Source: an uncultured Acetatifactor sp.
GTDB lineage: Bacteria > Bacillota > Clostridia > Lachnospirales > Lachnospiraceae
NCBI GenBank assembly: GCA_910586485.1
Contig: CAJUIA010000011.1
Location: forward strand, 43,276 to 107,275
DNA length: 64,000 nucleotides
Direction of reading: 5' to 3'
Part shown: in pieces, positions 1 through 9,365 of the stretch
Layout: each line of letters opens with the position of its first letter
Numbering within the stretch: position 1 is the first letter of the stretch
Position numbers and translations under genes: made by a program
The notes under the pieces: generated by a model
Seen by the model: the letters and a program-made list of their open reading frames with translations, nothing else
The model's database searches: none
Told to the model about the DNA's origin: nothing

Positions 1-664
1 GGAAAAAGAACGTGAGGAATACAGGGTAAAGGAAGAACTTCTGAATATACAGAAGATGAAAAGCGCGGGATTGCAGGACAGGACATTTTATAACTATACT
101 TTTGACCGCTGTGATGCGTCACAGGGAAACGCCATCTACGCAAAGCGGTATGTGGAACATTTTTCAGAAATGGCGCAGAAAGGGCAGGGACTTTTGTTTT
201 GGGGGAATGTCGGGACAGGCAAGACATTCCTTGCAGGGTGTATTGCGAATGCGCTGTTAGAGCAGAAAATCTCTGTACTGATGACAAGTTTTCCGAAAAT
301 ATTAAATGCACTCGGCGGTCTTTACAGTTCGGAGCGGAATGAGTACCTTGCAAGCCTGAACCGCTACACGCTACTCGTGATTGACGATATGGGGATTGAG
401 AGGGAAAGCCAGTATACGGTTGAAACAATTTATACGGTCATTGATGAGCGGTACAAGTCCGGCAAGCCGTTCATCATCACAACGAACATTCAGCTTGATG
501 CACTGAAAAATCCGCAGGACGTGGAACACGCAAGGATTTATGACCGCATTATGGAAAGGTGTATGCCTGTTTATTTCGGTGGCAGGAATTACCGTTCTGA
601 GCTGGGGCAGGAAAACAGGGATGCGGCGAAAAAGGTACTGGCAGGAGCAAAAAATACAGAGTGA
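1..664 (+). CDS. DnaC/IstB-like AAA+ ATPase (replication helper of a mobile element), 5'-truncated by the window edge
   Basis: Walker A GNVGTGKT, Walker B LLVIDDMG, IITTN and RIYDRI motifs; frame stays open from position 2 to the ATG at 56. Confidence 0.85.
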   Translation, partial: EKEREEYRVKEELLNIQKMKSAGLQDRTFYNYTFDRCDASQGNAIYAKRYVEHFSEMAQKGQGLLFWGNVGTGKTFLAGCIANALLEQKISVLMTSFPKILNALGGLYSSERNEYLASLNRYTLLVIDDMGIERESQYTVETIYTVIDERYKSGKPFIITTNIQLDALKNPQDVEHARIYDRIMERCMPVYFGGRNYRSELGQENRDAAKKVLAGAKNTE

Positions 665-793
665 TGTCCGGCATTGGGGAATGGTTATCTTCAATGCTGT
701 TTTTATGCAGATATATCTTTCTGTATTGGAAGATAAAGCAGTTTGAAATATGACAGGCGGAATAATGACCGCAGAAAGGATAGGAATAATTTT

Positions 794-958
794 ATGGTCG
801 CAGATAGGGAAATAAAAAAAGAAACAAAGGGGCCGACGAGATTTGTCGTGACAAGGGAGTTTGGCGGCACACAGACCATGCAGCAGGCTTTTGAACAGCT
901 TATAGAGAAAAAGACGGAGGAACACATCTCAAAAAAGAGGGATAAGCAGGCTGTTTAA
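794..958 (+). CDS. Small TnpW-like transposon-encoded protein
   Basis: 54 aa with 'IKKETKGPTRFVVTREF..QTMQQAFEQLI' pattern, placed immediately upstream of a large serine recombinase; ATG 794 follows AGGATAGGA. Confidence 0.55.
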   Translation: MVADREIKKETKGPTRFVVTREFGGTQTMQQAFEQLIEKKTEEHISKKRDKQAV

Positions 959-1044
959 GCCGTATTATTGAAAAAATGTTGAAATCAGGGCGGGGGCATG
1001 GTAATATAATTGTATCGTGTCCCTGTTCATAAAGGAGAGAACCT

Positions 1045-2691
1045 ATGAACAGGAAAAACAATTCTAAAAGTAATACTCCACTGCTTACCGCCCTCTATTG
1101 CAGGCTTTCGCTTGAAGATGGCAAAGACAACGAGAGCATGAGCATCAGCAACCAAAAACTGTTACTGAAAGACTTTGCAGAAAAGAATGGTATGTTCAAC
1201 TGCGAGTTCTATGTGGATGACGGTTTCACAGGGCGGAACTTCAACCGTCCGGCATTCCAGCGCATGATAAACGATATTGAAGCAGGAAGGATAAGCTGTG
1301 TGATTACCAAAGACCTTTCAAGGCTTGGGCGCAATTATATTGAATCCGGCAGCTATATGGAAGTATTTTTCCCAAAGCATAATGTACGCTACATAGCTAT
1401 TACGGATAATTACGATAGTCTGAACAAGCAGGAAATGGACATAGCGCCGTTTAAGAATATCCTGAATGATATGTATAGCAGGGATATTTCAAAGAAAGTG
1501 CTTGCAGGTCGCATGACACGCTCAAGACAGGGGAAGTTCTGCGGGGGACAGCCGCCTTTAGGTCTGATGCGTGATCCTGATGACAACGGGCATCTTATCA
1601 TTGATCCGGAAACTGCGCCAGTTATCAGACGGATATTTGACCTTGCACTTGACGGGTTTGGGAACATGAAAATATGCAAGGTTCTGATGGAAGAACGGAT
1701 ACCGATTACAAGAATGCAGACGGGAACGGACTGTGACGTGAATTATTACGCTTGGAGCGGTTCACGCATATCAACCATTTTGAGGAATCCATTTTACAAG
1801 GGCGCTCACGTTGTCTGCAAGACGCATCAAAAAGGCATACGTTCCAACACTTACAACATCATACCGAGGGAGCAGAGGGAAGTTATAGAGGACTGCCACG
1901 AAGCCATTATCCCCAAAGCGGAGTGGGAAAAGGTTCAGCAGCTTATAGACCGCAGACCGCCGATTATGAAGGGGAATAGCTGCCCGTATTACAATATTTT
2001 TCATGGCATTGTTTACTGCGCTACCTGTGGGAAATCCATGCAGGTGCGTTATGAAAAGGTAGGAAGGACAAATAAAGACCGCCGGACAGGGAAAGAGCGT
2101 GAACCGATAGACAAGGCATATTATATCTGCCAGACCTATAACCGGTTGGGGAAAGATGCCTGCACAAGCCACAAAATTGAAGCGCGGGATTTATATAACC
2201 TTGTACTTTCGGACATACAGGAAGTCGCTGCGATGGCATTAAAGGACAAAGAAGCGTTTTATGACAGGCTGAGCCGGAGAATGGAAAAACAGTACCTTGC
2301 AGATACGGACAGTCTGAAAAAAGAGTATGAGAATCTTGCACAGCGCAATCAGGAGATAGACGATACCTTTATCAGCCTGTATGCGGACAAGGCAAAGGGC
2401 ATACTTACTGAAAAGCGTTTCCTGAAGCTGACGGACGCAATGGAAAAGGAACAGGAAAGCAACCAGAACCGTATGCAGGAAATAGCGGCACTTATCAGTG
2501 AGGAGGAACATTCAGAGGGCGATGTGCAGATGTTTATGGGGGAAATCAGGCGTTATGCTGCCATTACGGAACTTGACGAAACAGTGTTAAACCGACTGAT
2601 TAACCGCATACTGATTGGAGAACCCAAGAAAGTGGACGGGGTTAGGACGCAGGAAGTGAGGATTGTATATAATTTTATTGGAGAATTATAG
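1045..2691 (+). CDS. Large serine recombinase (TnpX-like; resolvase, recombinase and zinc-ribbon domains, coiled-coil C-terminus)
   Basis: LYCRLS catalytic motif, DDGFTG..RPAFQRM, KDLSRLGRN, CATCG..C zinc ribbon; 548 aa; RBS AAAGGAG. Confidence 0.92.
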   Translation: MNRKNNSKSNTPLLTALYCRLSLEDGKDNESMSISNQKLLLKDFAEKNGMFNCEFYVDDGFTGRNFNRPAFQRMINDIEAGRISCVITKDLSRLGRNYIESGSYMEVFFPKHNVRYIAITDNYDSLNKQEMDIAPFKNILNDMYSRDISKKVLAGRMTRSRQGKFCGGQPPLGLMRDPDDNGHLIIDPETAPVIRRIFDLALDGFGNMKICKVLMEERIPITRMQTGTDCDVNYYAWSGSRISTILRNPFYKGAHVVCKTHQKGIRSNTYNIIPREQREVIEDCHEAIIPKAEWEKVQQLIDRRPPIMKGNSCPYYNIFHGIVYCATCGKSMQVRYEKVGRTNKDRRTGKEREPIDKAYYICQTYNRLGKDACTSHKIEARDLYNLVLSDIQEVAAMALKDKEAFYDRLSRRMEKQYLADTDSLKKEYENLAQRNQEIDDTFISLYADKAKGILTEKRFLKLTDAMEKEQESNQNRMQEIAALISEEEHSEGDVQMFMGEIRRYAAITELDETVLNRLINRILIGEPKKVDGVRTQEVRIVYNFIGEL

Positions 2692-2848
2692 AATGATATT
2701 TGCGATAGCTTAATATGCTTGAACCGTTATATATGATAAGTGCTGTTATTCCTGCATGTCATCGGGATACAAAGGGTAGCTTTTGATATTCTTATTATCG
2801 TTATTTGTGTTTAAGCAACATTGATATTTTTCATATTTGATATGCAAA

Positions 2849-2974
2849 TCAATTCGATAAAAGTTTTGTTTCAAATCCAAAAAGTTTGTTCATGTCACAA
2901 TTGAGAATATAGCAACAGGCATACAAAAGCGATACTGTCGGGTTCTGTGTGCCTTTTTCTATTCTGTTGTACGA
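2849..2974 (-). pseudogene. 3' half of an XRE-family HTH regulator split by the transposon
   Basis: Reads SYNRIEKGTQNPTVSLLYACCYILNCDMNKLFGFETKLLSN*; in frame with 6050-6199 after removing the element and one TSD copy. Confidence 0.88.
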
Positions 2975-2980
2975 ATAAAT

Positions 2981-3010
2981 TGTTATCCAGCACCCTAGGT
3001 GCTCCAAGTC
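2981..3010 (+). repeat. Left terminal inverted repeat of the transposon
   Basis: TGTTATCCAGCACCCTAGGTGCTCCAAGTC vs reverse complement of 6020-6049, TGTTGTCCTGCAAATTAGATGCACCAGTTC. Confidence 0.8.
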
Positions 3011-3218
3011 TTTCTTATATTCGTCAAATTAAATGAAGGTACTGGCTCATATATTCTGATGTATTTTACAGCAGAGTGTTTGAACCAGTACCTTCTTGTG
3101 TTATCATATCAAAGTTACAAGAATAGCAGGCATCCCACCGATCAAAGTTTGATACCTGCTATCATAACAATCCTCCCAGTGCTGCATCTTTCAATGTAAC
3201 ACTGCAGACAACACTATT

Positions 3219-3740
3219 ATGATAACAATTACGGTACCTTTTGACAATCCACTCAATCAAAAAACTTATGAAAATATCATCAACTCCTTACAGTTCCACC
3301 AGCTGCAGTGTACCTGTGGCCATTCTGGCTGCTTGACGATCCATGGTTATTACACCCGCTCTCTCAAAAAAGACGATTCCGGGATCTCTTTATCTATCTG
3401 CCGCGTCAGATGCTCTCACTGTGGCAGGACCCATGCTTTACTTCCATCTTTACTTGTTCCTTATTCCCAGGTATCCCTGCAGGATCAGATTTCTATCATT
3501 TCTGCCTATGAGGCTTCTGGAGATTATGAGGAAATCATGGATGGAACTCCCTCCGTTGATGAAAATCTCATTGCATCCATCATCAAACGATATGTGAAGC
3601 ACTGGATGCAGAAGATCCGTTCCTTCCGTATCGGATTATCTTTCCCGCCCCGTCTCGTAAAGCAGTGTTTTGCTTTTTTCGGGAACCAGTTCATGCAGAT
3701 AAGGCAGACTCCAAATATTCTGTTTCTAACACCCACATAG
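3219..3740 (+). CDS. Transposon accessory Cys/His (zinc-finger-like, DUF6431-like) protein
   Basis: CTCGHSG..HGYY.R..RVRCSHCGRTHALLP motif; first gene inside the element. Confidence 0.7.
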   Translation: MITITVPFDNPLNQKTYENIINSLQFHQLQCTCGHSGCLTIHGYYTRSLKKDDSGISLSICRVRCSHCGRTHALLPSLLVPYSQVSLQDQISIISAYEASGDYEEIMDGTPSVDENLIASIIKRYVKHWMQKIRSFRIGLSFPPRLVKQCFAFFGNQFMQIRQTPNILFLTPT

Positions 3741-3821
3741 CCTTACAGGAAAACGCTTCTGCTTCCTCTTATACTAAAGAAAACTAAGTTTTCTTAGAAA
3801 AAACGAAAGAGAGGACTTTAA

Positions 3822-5066
3822 ATGAAACAGGAATTAGCACAGGATATCGCTTTGATGCGTTATTCCATGATCTCACCGCTGATTGTCGGTCTCCCCGATG
3901 AGTACAAATCCAAGGAAGCTTACTTTCGTGCGGCCTCTGCACGTGGTGCACTCCATCCAAACGGTTCCTTCATTCATCCGGCGCCGACATCCATCAAACG
4001 CTGGTACCAGCACTACCAAAAGAATGGTTTTGACGGGCTGCTCCCTTCCAGCCGCAGCGATGAAGGCACTTCCCGAAAGATTCATCCGGATCTTGAGGAA
4101 CAGATCCGGTATCTGAAAACGAACTATCCCCGTATGTCTGCGGCAGCCATCTTCCGTCAGCTATGCGACAACGGTTCTGTCAATCGCAATGAATTATCAG
4201 AATCCACAGTGAACCGTTTTCTTAACAGCCTTGCCCGGAAAGAAAGGACAACGAACAACCAGGATATGAGACGTTATGAACGTGCCCATGTCAACGAGGT
4301 CTGGTGTGGGGACAGCAGCGTCGGCCCTTACCTGAAAACAGAAGATGGCAGAAAGCATAAGGTTTATGTGATTGCACTTATTGACGATGCCAGCCGCTAC
4401 ATCGTTGGCATTGATGTCTTTTTCAATGATAACTTTGCAAATCTTATGTCTGTCATGAAATCTGCTGTTGCAAAGTTTGGCGTTCCGAAGTTATTCAACT
4501 TTGATAATGGCAGTTCCTACAAAAACAGACAGATGGACCTGCTTGCTGCCCGTATCGGGTCTACGGTTCATTATGACCAGCCATATACGCCAACCCAGAA
4601 GGCCAAGGTGGAGCGTTGGTTCCGTACCATGAAAGACCAGTGGATGGCAGGCCTTGACATGCGGGATTTCCATACGCTTGATGAACTTCGCACAAGCCTG
4701 TACACGTATGTCAGTCAGTATAACCAGAGGATCCATTCTTCCCTGAATGGAAAGAACCCACAGGAACGCTACTTTAGCGAGCCAGACTGCTTCCACCGCT
4801 TACCCGAAGATAAGATTGACCTGTTATTCTTACTGGAGTTAGAGCGCCGCGTTTCTGTTGACTGTGTGGTTACCATTGACCACATCGAGTATGAGGTCGA
4901 TTACCGTTTTGCAAAACAGAGGATCAGACTCCGTTATTCTCCTGATATGGAATCCATCTACGTTGTGGAAGCAGATGGTACGCTTACACCCATCCGTCTT
5001 CTTAATAAGATCGAAAATGCAGATATCAAACGTGAAAAGCCGCGTCTTTATGGGGGTGATGACTAA
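3822..5066 (+). CDS. DDE transposase (integrase core, Mu/TnsB-like)
   Basis: WCGDSS, FNFDNGSSY and KAKVERWFRT catalytic triad; N-terminal HTH-like region; YNQRIHSSL. Confidence 0.9.
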   Translation: MKQELAQDIALMRYSMISPLIVGLPDEYKSKEAYFRAASARGALHPNGSFIHPAPTSIKRWYQHYQKNGFDGLLPSSRSDEGTSRKIHPDLEEQIRYLKTNYPRMSAAAIFRQLCDNGSVNRNELSESTVNRFLNSLARKERTTNNQDMRRYERAHVNEVWCGDSSVGPYLKTEDGRKHKVYVIALIDDASRYIVGIDVFFNDNFANLMSVMKSAVAKFGVPKLFNFDNGSSYKNRQMDLLAARIGSTVHYDQPYTPTQKAKVERWFRTMKDQWMAGLDMRDFHTLDELRTSLYTYVSQYNQRIHSSLNGKNPQERYFSEPDCFHRLPEDKIDLLFLLELERRVSVDCVVTIDHIEYEVDYRFAKQRIRLRYSPDMESIYVVEADGTLTPIRLLNKIENADIKREKPRLYGGDD

Positions 5067-5866
5067 TGGATTATACGGTCCGCTATGGTTTGGAATTCAA
5101 CCCATTTTTAAAGAACTCCAAAGAAATCTTTGTATCAACGGATGAATCAAAAGAAGTTTTGTTCCGCCTGAACTATCTTGCAAAAACAAAAGGCTTCGGC
5201 CTGCTCACCGGCAGTCCCGGCCGTGGAAAAACAACTGCCATCAGAGCCTGGAGACAGGGATTAAACAACTCGCAATACAAAGTGGTCTATACCTGTTTTT
5301 CCACCTTTAGTCCCAATGATTTCTATCGGAATCTTGCTGCCGAATTGGGGGCACAGGCCCACTACCGGAAACCGGACAACTTCCGTGCAATCCAGGAAGA
5401 ACTTACCAGGCTTTCTGTTGAAAAAAGGAAAACGCCTGTCATCATCATTGATGAGGCGAATTACATCAGTTCCGCTATCCTGAATGACTTCAAGCTTTTA
5501 TTTAATTTTGAGATGGATTCCAGGGATCGTGCTGTGGTTCTGCTGTCCGGGCTTCCATCTTTAAATGCAACACTTCGTCTTAGTGTCCATGAACCATTCC
5601 GTCAAAGGATCATCATGAACTATGAGATCCCTGCATTTACCAGGGAAGAAGCACGATCCTATGTCCTTGAAAAACTAAAGGGCGCTGGCGCTGCCAGAGC
5701 AGTTTTTGAAGATGCTGCACTGGAAGCCATCCTAAATGCATCCGATGGAACCCCGCGTGTCATCAACAATCTATGCAACAGTTGTCTTCTGATCGGAGAC
5801 TCCAGGAAGAGTAACATGATCACAGCAGAAATCGTCATGCAGGCAATTAACAATAATGAGATTTAG
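5066..5866 (+). CDS. ExeA/TnsC-like AAA ATPase (transposition helper)
   Basis: Walker A GSPGRGKT, Walker B IIIDEA, GTPRVINNLC; start overlaps the transposase stop (TAATG). Confidence 0.88.
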   Translation: MDYTVRYGLEFNPFLKNSKEIFVSTDESKEVLFRLNYLAKTKGFGLLTGSPGRGKTTAIRAWRQGLNNSQYKVVYTCFSTFSPNDFYRNLAAELGAQAHYRKPDNFRAIQEELTRLSVEKRKTPVIIIDEANYISSAILNDFKLLFNFEMDSRDRAVVLLSGLPSLNATLRLSVHEPFRQRIIMNYEIPAFTREEARSYVLEKLKGAGAARAVFEDAALEAILNASDGTPRVINNLCNSCLLIGDSRKSNMITAEIVMQAINNNEI

Positions 5867-6000
5867 CAGCAAAAGCAGGGCAGCCTGCTTTTTGCATTTC
5901 CTCCGATCTGTGAATTTGCTTCAATTTTTATAACGATCAGATAACTTGCTGATGTTGGTGCAGGCAATCTGCTAATACGTGGCACACAAAGCCAAAATCA

Positions 6001-6049
6001 GGCGCATCTAATCTGCATGGAACTGGTGCATCTAATTTGCAGGACAACA
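6001..6049 (-). repeat. Right terminal inverted repeat with tandem putative transposase-binding sites
   Basis: GGCGCATCTAATCTGCA (6001-6017) and GGTGCATCTAATTTGCA (6025-6041), 24-bp period, ending GGACAACA. Confidence 0.78.
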
Positions 6050-6199
6050 ATAAATGGAAATGTCGATACCCTTTGTTTGAAGCTTCGCAACCATATCTGT
6101 CTGTTTGAGATGTGATGCCTTGCGCAACATGGCAATGTTTTTCCCGATATTGACATTATTGACTTGAATGATTTTGTCAATACTTTCTTTTCTTTTCAT
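6050..6199 (-). pseudogene. 5' half of the XRE-family HTH regulator split by the transposon
   Basis: AGAGGTG RBS then MKRKESIDKIIQVNNVNIGKNIAMLRKASHLKQTDMVAKLQTKGIDISIY (50 codons), ending in the TSD. Confidence 0.88.
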
Positions 6200-6361
6200 A
6201 ATATTGCACCTCTACGCAATATTTTAAGGAAAAATCTCTTGTAATAATTGCACGAGAACGCAATAAATGTTATAATATTCACATTGCAAAGTGAAAAGAA
6301 AATTACCACCATACAGGTGGTAACGAAAAAGAAAAAATATGTTACAATAAAAAACAGAAAG

Positions 6362-7447
6362 TCAAAAGATGGATTCCAGCAGAACCATCACAAGTAACAG
6401 CAAAAAAACTACTGCAAAATTTAAAATTAGCACTCCTAAATAACGTACTATCCGTTTCTTATTCGTACATAAGGGAATAAAACGCCGGATATTGCGGTAG
6501 TCAAAACAGCAAAAGACAACAGACAGCATGATGCATAAAGCAGTGATTCTCTCCAGCCATAGCTGAAAAAACGATGCATCTTTTACTTCCAGTGAAAGAC
6601 AAAGCCACAAGATAAATAAATATACGACTGATGCGGTCAGCATTTTCCAGGGAGTTTTTGTCCTGAAACCTGGCGGAACAAAATTTTTCTGTAGCCGATT
6701 TAGTGAATCATCTGAGTGCGTTATATTGGGATGATTGCAGTTATAGTTCTGCACTTTTTCTATTTCTTTTTTTAACTCCTGCACCGTTTCCATTCTATCA
6801 GACGGATTCATCTCAGTACATTTGCTGATGACGGCATCAAATATAGTTGTCGGGATGGGCAGGGCAAGGGAAAGTTCTTTTAATAAAATACCCAACGCAT
6901 AGATGTCGGTTTGGGGCGTGGAGAAACCAAAGCCATATTGTTCAGGGGCAGCATAGCCTTTTGTTCCAAGAAGTACTGTATCATGGAAGTTGGTATCTGT
7001 TAAGAATTTTGCAGCGTTAAAGTCGATTAAAACGGCATGACCGCAGGATGTAATAATGATATTTGATGGCTTAATGTCCCTATGGATGATGGGTGGATTG
7101 AGGATATGCAGTTTCTTTAGTATGCTGCATAGTTCGTCCATTAACCGGACAATGAAATCAAGTGTGAGTGTTCGGTTGTCAATCATTTCCTGCAATGATA
7201 TGCCAGAAATAAATTCCTCAATCAGTATGAGCTGTGCATTTTCTTCATATACGTTATATAATTTGGGAATGCCTGCTATGTGGTGTTCCATTAAATACTC
7301 GTATATATGGGGATTATATATATCCAATATTTTCTTGATGTATATTTTCCCAGTTTCTCTATGCTGAACTAAATATATTTTATGTGCGCTATTTATGGTC
7401 GCGATGGTATTATAATAAGAAATTGCAAGACGGTTAGTATAGTCCAT
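6362..7447 (-). CDS. Hanks-type Ser/Thr protein kinase with C-terminal transmembrane helices
   Basis: HRDIKPSN, LIDFN, GTKGYAAPEQ, DIYALG; three hydrophobic C-terminal segments. Confidence 0.88.
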   Translation of the reverse strand: MDYTNRLAISYYNTIATINSAHKIYLVQHRETGKIYIKKILDIYNPHIYEYLMEHHIAGIPKLYNVYEENAQLILIEEFISGISLQEMIDNRTLTLDFIVRLMDELCSILKKLHILNPPIIHRDIKPSNIIITSCGHAVLIDFNAAKFLTDTNFHDTVLLGTKGYAAPEQYGFGFSTPQTDIYALGILLKELSLALPIPTTIFDAVISKCTEMNPSDRMETVQELKKEIEKVQNYNCNHPNITHSDDSLNRLQKNFVPPGFRTKTPWKMLTASVVYLFILWLCLSLEVKDASFFQLWLERITALCIMLSVVFCCFDYRNIRRFIPLCTNKKRIVRYLGVLILNFAVVFLLLLVMVLLESIF

Positions 7448-7501
7448 GCTATCATTCCTTTCAAATGTTTGTTACTACATTATATCAGATGGGGGAGGCT
7501 T

Positions 7502-7957
7502 ATGGGAGAGAAAAATACAGATGAGTTAGAAAAAGTGCTGCAGAGTACACATATAAAAAATTTTGACGCTTATTGCAGAGAACATGTAGGAAGTCCGATG
7601 TATGAAGAGTTTCCGGTGTATATGAAAAATATTTTCAATGAGAAGAACCTTACGCAGCAGCTCGTGTTTTTGCGGGCGGATATTCCTGAAAGATATGGCT
7701 ATAAGCTTTTGTCAGGAGAAAAAAGAACAAGACAGAGAGATGTCATTCTGCGTATTTGCTATGCGGCTGAAATGTCTTTGGCACAGACGCAACGGGCACT
7801 GAAAAAATATGAGATGCCGGAACTTTATGCGAAGCTGTCTAGGGATGCTCTGCTGATGATCATTTTCAATGAACGTCCGGGGGATATAATTGAAGTCAAT
7901 GAAATATTGAAGGAACATGGAATGGAAACATTGCGAACAAGCGGCGTACAGAACTGA
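7502..7957 (+). CDS. Putative HTH (XRE-like) DNA-binding protein, divergent from the kinase
   Basis: LTQQLVFLRADIPERYGYKLLSGEKR helix-turn-helix-like segment; RBS GGGGAGG before ATG 7502. Confidence 0.6.
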   Translation: MGEKNTDELEKVLQSTHIKNFDAYCREHVGSPMYEEFPVYMKNIFNEKNLTQQLVFLRADIPERYGYKLLSGEKRTRQRDVILRICYAAEMSLAQTQRALKKYEMPELYAKLSRDALLMIIFNERPGDIIEVNEILKEHGMETLRTSGVQN

Positions 7958-7968
7958 AGCTATGCAAA

Positions 7969-8424
7969 ATGCAAAACGTGGAGCAAGTGAAAAACATGAG
8001 CAGAAAAAAAATTATGTTTTTAAATATTATATGTCCGATAGTAGTTGGTGCACTTATTTATTGTATGTTATCGCCGGATGTGATTTTTATCAGAAAAACA
8101 GCAGATTTCATTGACTGGATATATATGCCTGTGTTTCAGACCGATTGTACTTTTCTGAAACTTGTAAGGAATTATCTGCCGGATATGATGTGGGGGTATT
8201 CGTTGGTTTTTTCGTTATTTTGTATCATTGGTAATAATGTGGCAGATGTAAGGAAAGTTTTTTGGTTGGCTGTTCCTTTTACGGCAACGATGGAAATAAT
8301 GCAGAAAACATCTTTTGTACCGGGAACTTTTGATGTTTTCGACATTTTTACTGAATTTCTAGCCGAAGCAATTGCTGCATGTATTATATATAAACTATAC
8401 TCAAGGGAGGAATTTCAACTATGA
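7969..8424 (+). CDS. Hypothetical integral membrane protein (start could be 7996)
   Basis: Four hydrophobic segments; RNYLPD..W and GTFD.FD motifs. Confidence 0.6.
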   Translation: MQNVEQVKNMSRKKIMFLNIICPIVVGALIYCMLSPDVIFIRKTADFIDWIYMPVFQTDCTFLKLVRNYLPDMMWGYSLVFSLFCIIGNNVADVRKVFWLAVPFTATMEIMQKTSFVPGTFDVFDIFTEFLAEAIAACIIYKLYSREEFQL

Positions 8425-9353
8425 AAAGAAACATGAAATGGATTACCGCAATGTTGTGTCTGTCTGTATTTGCGGCGATGGCGATGGGAAGTGGTCAATC
8501 GGATTCGGGCGAAAGCAAACAAGTTGTCTCAAACAAAGAAACGGGAACAGAAACTTCTAGCACAAGCACGTCTGACACTTCGGAGAAGTCTGAAAATCCA
8601 TCAGACGAAATGGTCACAATTGAGGAACAGGTACTTTTGGATCAGAACGGTATTGTCGTTACTGCAACAGAATATGTTACAGACAGTATCTGGGGCGATG
8701 GAGTTAAGCTGTTGTTGGAAAATAATTCAGACAAGGATATCACAGTCGGCTGTAACGCATTGATTGTAAATGATTATATGATTACAGACTTGTTCTCGGC
8801 AGGAATTGCTGCAGGGAAAAAGTCCAATGAAACACTGTATTTTTCCAGTACGCAACTGAATGCGGCGGGGATTGAGAAGATAGGAAAAATTGAGATTTAT
8901 TTCCATGTATTTGATTCTTCTACATATGACACAATTTTTGATTCGGATTGCGTAGTCATTCAAACATCGGAGTTTGCCGATATGGATACAACGCCAAATG
9001 ATGCAGGAACAGAATTATATAATCAGGACGGTATCAGAATCATAGGCAAGACGGTTGATGAAAACAGTTTTTGGGGAACGGCAATTTTGTTGTATTGCGA
9101 AAATAATTCCGGGAAAAATGTAGGTATTTCTGTAGATGATATGTCCATCAATGGATTTATGATGAGTCCTTTCTTTTCCACTACCGTTTATAACGGAAAG
9201 AAATCGTTGGATGATATTACGGTATTTTCAAGCGATATGGAAGAAAACGGAATTCAAGCAATTGAAGAAGTGGAATTGAAATTCCATATTTATGATGCAG
9301 ATTCTTATTCTACAATTGCAGATTCAGAACCCATTACATTTTCGGCGCAGTAG
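8421..9353 (+). CDS. Secreted/surface protein with two tandem ~115-aa beta-rich domains
   Basis: Signal-like N-terminus, S/T-rich linker, internal duplication (WG..V/I.L..ENNS.K...GKKS...IE..E..FH..D..Y.TI.DS). Confidence 0.75.
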   Translation: MKRNMKWITAMLCLSVFAAMAMGSGQSDSGESKQVVSNKETGTETSSTSTSDTSEKSENPSDEMVTIEEQVLLDQNGIVVTATEYVTDSIWGDGVKLLLENNSDKDITVGCNALIVNDYMITDLFSAGIAAGKKSNETLYFSSTQLNAAGIEKIGKIEIYFHVFDSSTYDTIFDSDCVVIQTSEFADMDTTPNDAGTELYNQDGIRIIGKTVDENSFWGTAILLYCENNSGKNVGISVDDMSINGFMMSPFFSTTVYNGKKSLDDITVFSSDMEENGIQAIEEVELKFHIYDADSYSTIADSEPITFSAQ

Positions 9354-9365
9354 GAGGATAAAGGG

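Larger units (their letters stand above)
1..2750 (+). mobile_element. Right end of a Tn4451-like integrative element (right boundary approximate)
   Basis: Gene order ATPase, TnpW-like, serine recombinase; att site not resolvable because the left end is outside the window. Confidence 0.65.
2981..6049 (+). mobile_element. Complete 3,069-bp three-gene DDE transposon (Zn-finger ORF, Mu/TnsB-like transposase, AAA ATPase)
   Basis: TG..CA ends, imperfect 30-bp TIRs (21/30), ATAAAT duplicated at 2975-2980 and 6050-6055, interrupts an ORF precisely. Confidence 0.92.

Noticed and set aside
5998..6180. 60-aa minus-strand ORF in the track
   Set aside because: Wrong frame; the real coding frame is the interrupted XRE gene starting at 6199.
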